DNA from: Paraphysomonas bandaiensis
Lineage: Eukaryota > Protista > Chrysophyceae
Assembly: GCA_965644295.1 (NCBI GenBank)
Contig: CBFFRP010000181.1
Coordinates: 124,001 to 188,000 of the forward strand
Length of the DNA: 64,000 nt
Direction of reading: 5' to 3'
Shown: positions 61,800 through 64,000 of the stretch, piece by piece
Layout: each line of letters opens with the position of its first letter
Position numbering within the stretch: the stretch's first letter is position 1
Notes under the pieces: generated by a model
What the model was told of the DNA's origin: nothing
What the model saw: only the letters and a program-made list of their open reading frames with translations
Databases searched by the model: none
Translations under genes and position numbers: made by a program

Positions 61800-64000
61800 A
61801 CTCGATCACTACGAAAACACTCTAACGAGGAACTATAAAACTACAATCGTTAACGTTTTAAGAAATAACCGACCGGCTACATCACTCGTTAAACTGTGTT
61901 TACTGGTCCGCATGAAACTACAGTAATCAGAAATGTCAGCATAATTGCGATAAATACTCAGTTTACACATATGAACGAAATATACAGACTCAACAATATA
62001 TTTATGTAAGGCATATGAAGTGTGTAGGCACTGAGAATACGGCATGTGTTTCTTACACGTTTGCTCTGTTCTGCATATTGGGCTCTGATCTCCGCAAGCT
62101 CCTGTGTTACATATTAAATGCATAATATCACGCTATTCTTAGTCACAGTGTACACTTCAAAACCCAACTTACCCGTTCTTCCTCATCATCGTAATCGTCA
62201 TCTTCGTAATCATCAACTGTGTCATCTTCCACTTCCACTTCCACTTCAACACAATCTTCATCGCCTGGAGAGCATTCTTCCCAGTCATCAATTTCTTCCA
62301 ATGTAATTGTTTTGGGTTGCGTCAACGTTGTTATCTGCATCATTAATATACCACACATTATTCGTATGCATAATCTCCGTAACAGTGTCTTCTCAAAATG
62401 TAACACTTTTACAATTCGAATTACCTTTCCATTGGAGTCAACTTCAACTTCCATCTCTACACAATCAGGATCTCCTTCCTCACACTCCTCCCATTCATCG
62501 TCGTCTACTTCAACTGCGCGCATACTTAATATGCTTTTGAACATACACGAAAACACATGGCATAAGGCGTAAACCACATTGCAGCGCCAACCCATTCCCA
62601 TGAAACTACAATACTAAGGCTTCTCACCTTCATTTAACAAAAGACCCTTCTCAATCTCTGAATATGCCGCAAATGCCGCTTGGATCTCCCTCGGAGGATT
62701 GTTCACGTCATATCCACCAGTATCTTCTACAACGACCATCATACGGTCCAGTCTCTGATTATAATTCACAGTGATAACAATCAGAATAATTTGATGTTAA
62801 ATACTGTAAATCACACAAGAGAAAATAATATATCGCATGCTGTAATCTACGCTTGCTGTTCGTCATATCACCTCCTTAGCAGACTTATAGTTTCTGTGTC
62901 CGAGGTCACACACAGCAGCGTTAAAATAAATTCCTTTAAGCATACTATAATGGTTTCCTATTTTGACTCCAGCCGCAAGTCTTTCTGCCTTTTCAATTGT
63001 GGTTCGCCACATAGCCGACGCCTGCATGCATAAATGTTATTAATTACGTTACCCTTGTCAGCAGTAAATGTATTGGTAGTGCCTACCAACTCAATAGTGC
63101 ATAAATTATATAAAGCATAACACTTTACAAGAAGTGTACAAAGGCACAGTGCGTCACACTGATAATGTAGATTGAAAAGTATTCTATCGGGTAGCACAAA
63201 CATGTACGGATTTTATACACATTTACCTTACTATACTGTTTCAAGTTGCAGTGGAGGATTGCAGCGAGCTGAAGACAACCAATGAACTCCCTCGCAATAC
63301 TCTTATTATCCGTGAAGTCAAAGTGTTTCTTCATCAATTCTGAACACAAATATCAGCAAGATATATTACGACGTATGTAACGCCCAGTATACAGCGCTTT
63401 AAAAATCTAATTACGAGTTGGAATAACCATAGCAGAGAAATAATCGTGGAGCAGTATCATGAAAATAGCAGAAAAGCGCAACGCAAAATCTTCTATCGTA
63501 CAATAAATTCGATAGGTTGTGGCGTAGCATACTATGTACACCGTACCTACTGCCTTCAGTTCATATTTCAGAGCTTCTTCGTTGTACTCTCTTGCAACAT
63601 CAGTAGATTTGTCCTAACATGACGTGCACGGCATTAAGATGCGTCACTTCTATGCATATTTAACTCCACAGTAGCAATACTACCGGTATATATCAACAAA
63701 CGTTGAACTCATACGCTTATTGGGCATGGTATATATGTAACCTACTGAAATACACTACAGAATACCTGCAGCATGGTGAACTGGTTGTACATCAGTTCTC
63801 CGAGGTTATGGTACATCAGCGCAGACATATGTTGAGCAAAAGGCTTGCTCTTCTCGTGCAAAAGAGTGTATAGCTTGTTCAGAACCTTCAGTACTTCATT
63901 GGCAATTGACTTTTTCTGACCTGCACGTAACCAAGCTATAAAAGTGCGTGCCACATAATTATCAAACTACATACCAATATTTGTCAGGGCGTGAAACAAG
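61800..64000 (-). CDS. 3' part of a multi-exon gene of unknown function with acidic Cys-containing repeats (3' end uncertain)
   Basis: Exon-like segments bounded by GT/AG include ARTFIAWLRAGQKK...YNQFTMLQ, EWEECEEGDPDCVEMEVEV, DWEECSPGDEDCVEVEVEV and ELAEIRAQYAEQSKR. Confidence 0.6.

Overview
This is eukaryotic, AT-rich, gene-dense DNA with short GT-AG introns. It is most likely from a flagellated stramenopile (chrysophyte/ochrophyte-like); that is an inference from NME7, TTAGGG repeats, PT-rich surface proteins and the LYGLxxM helical-repeat family. About 19 protein genes are visible: a cyclin-Y-like protein, a tandemly duplicated ankyrin-PP2C phosphatase (second copy frameshifted), an ANK-RING-ANK-2OG/Fe(II) oxygenase, a RING-H2 ligase, a type-I membrane protein, a 40-aa helical-repeat organellar protein, a secreted GULO/ALO-like FAD oxidase, a PX-4xPH protein, RPA3, NME7, a PPR protein, a TBC RabGAP, a 5xLIM protein, a GLOD4-thioredoxin fusion and several unknowns. 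Mobile DNA comprises an internally deleted PIF/Harbinger element (TIRs plus TAA target-site duplication, TSD), two related Mutator-type non-autonomous elements with 9-bp TSDs (one carrying gene-like cargo), and three 3'-end remnants of a probable non-LTR retroelement family. The retroelement remnants lack poly(A), share a co-varying GNRA stem-loop, and one has a 34-43 bp TSD. The best leads are the 40-aa alpha-solenoid repeat protein, the stem-loop-ended retroelement family and the RING + ankyrin + hydroxylase single-chain protein. Exon boundaries were read by eye and no database search was possible.
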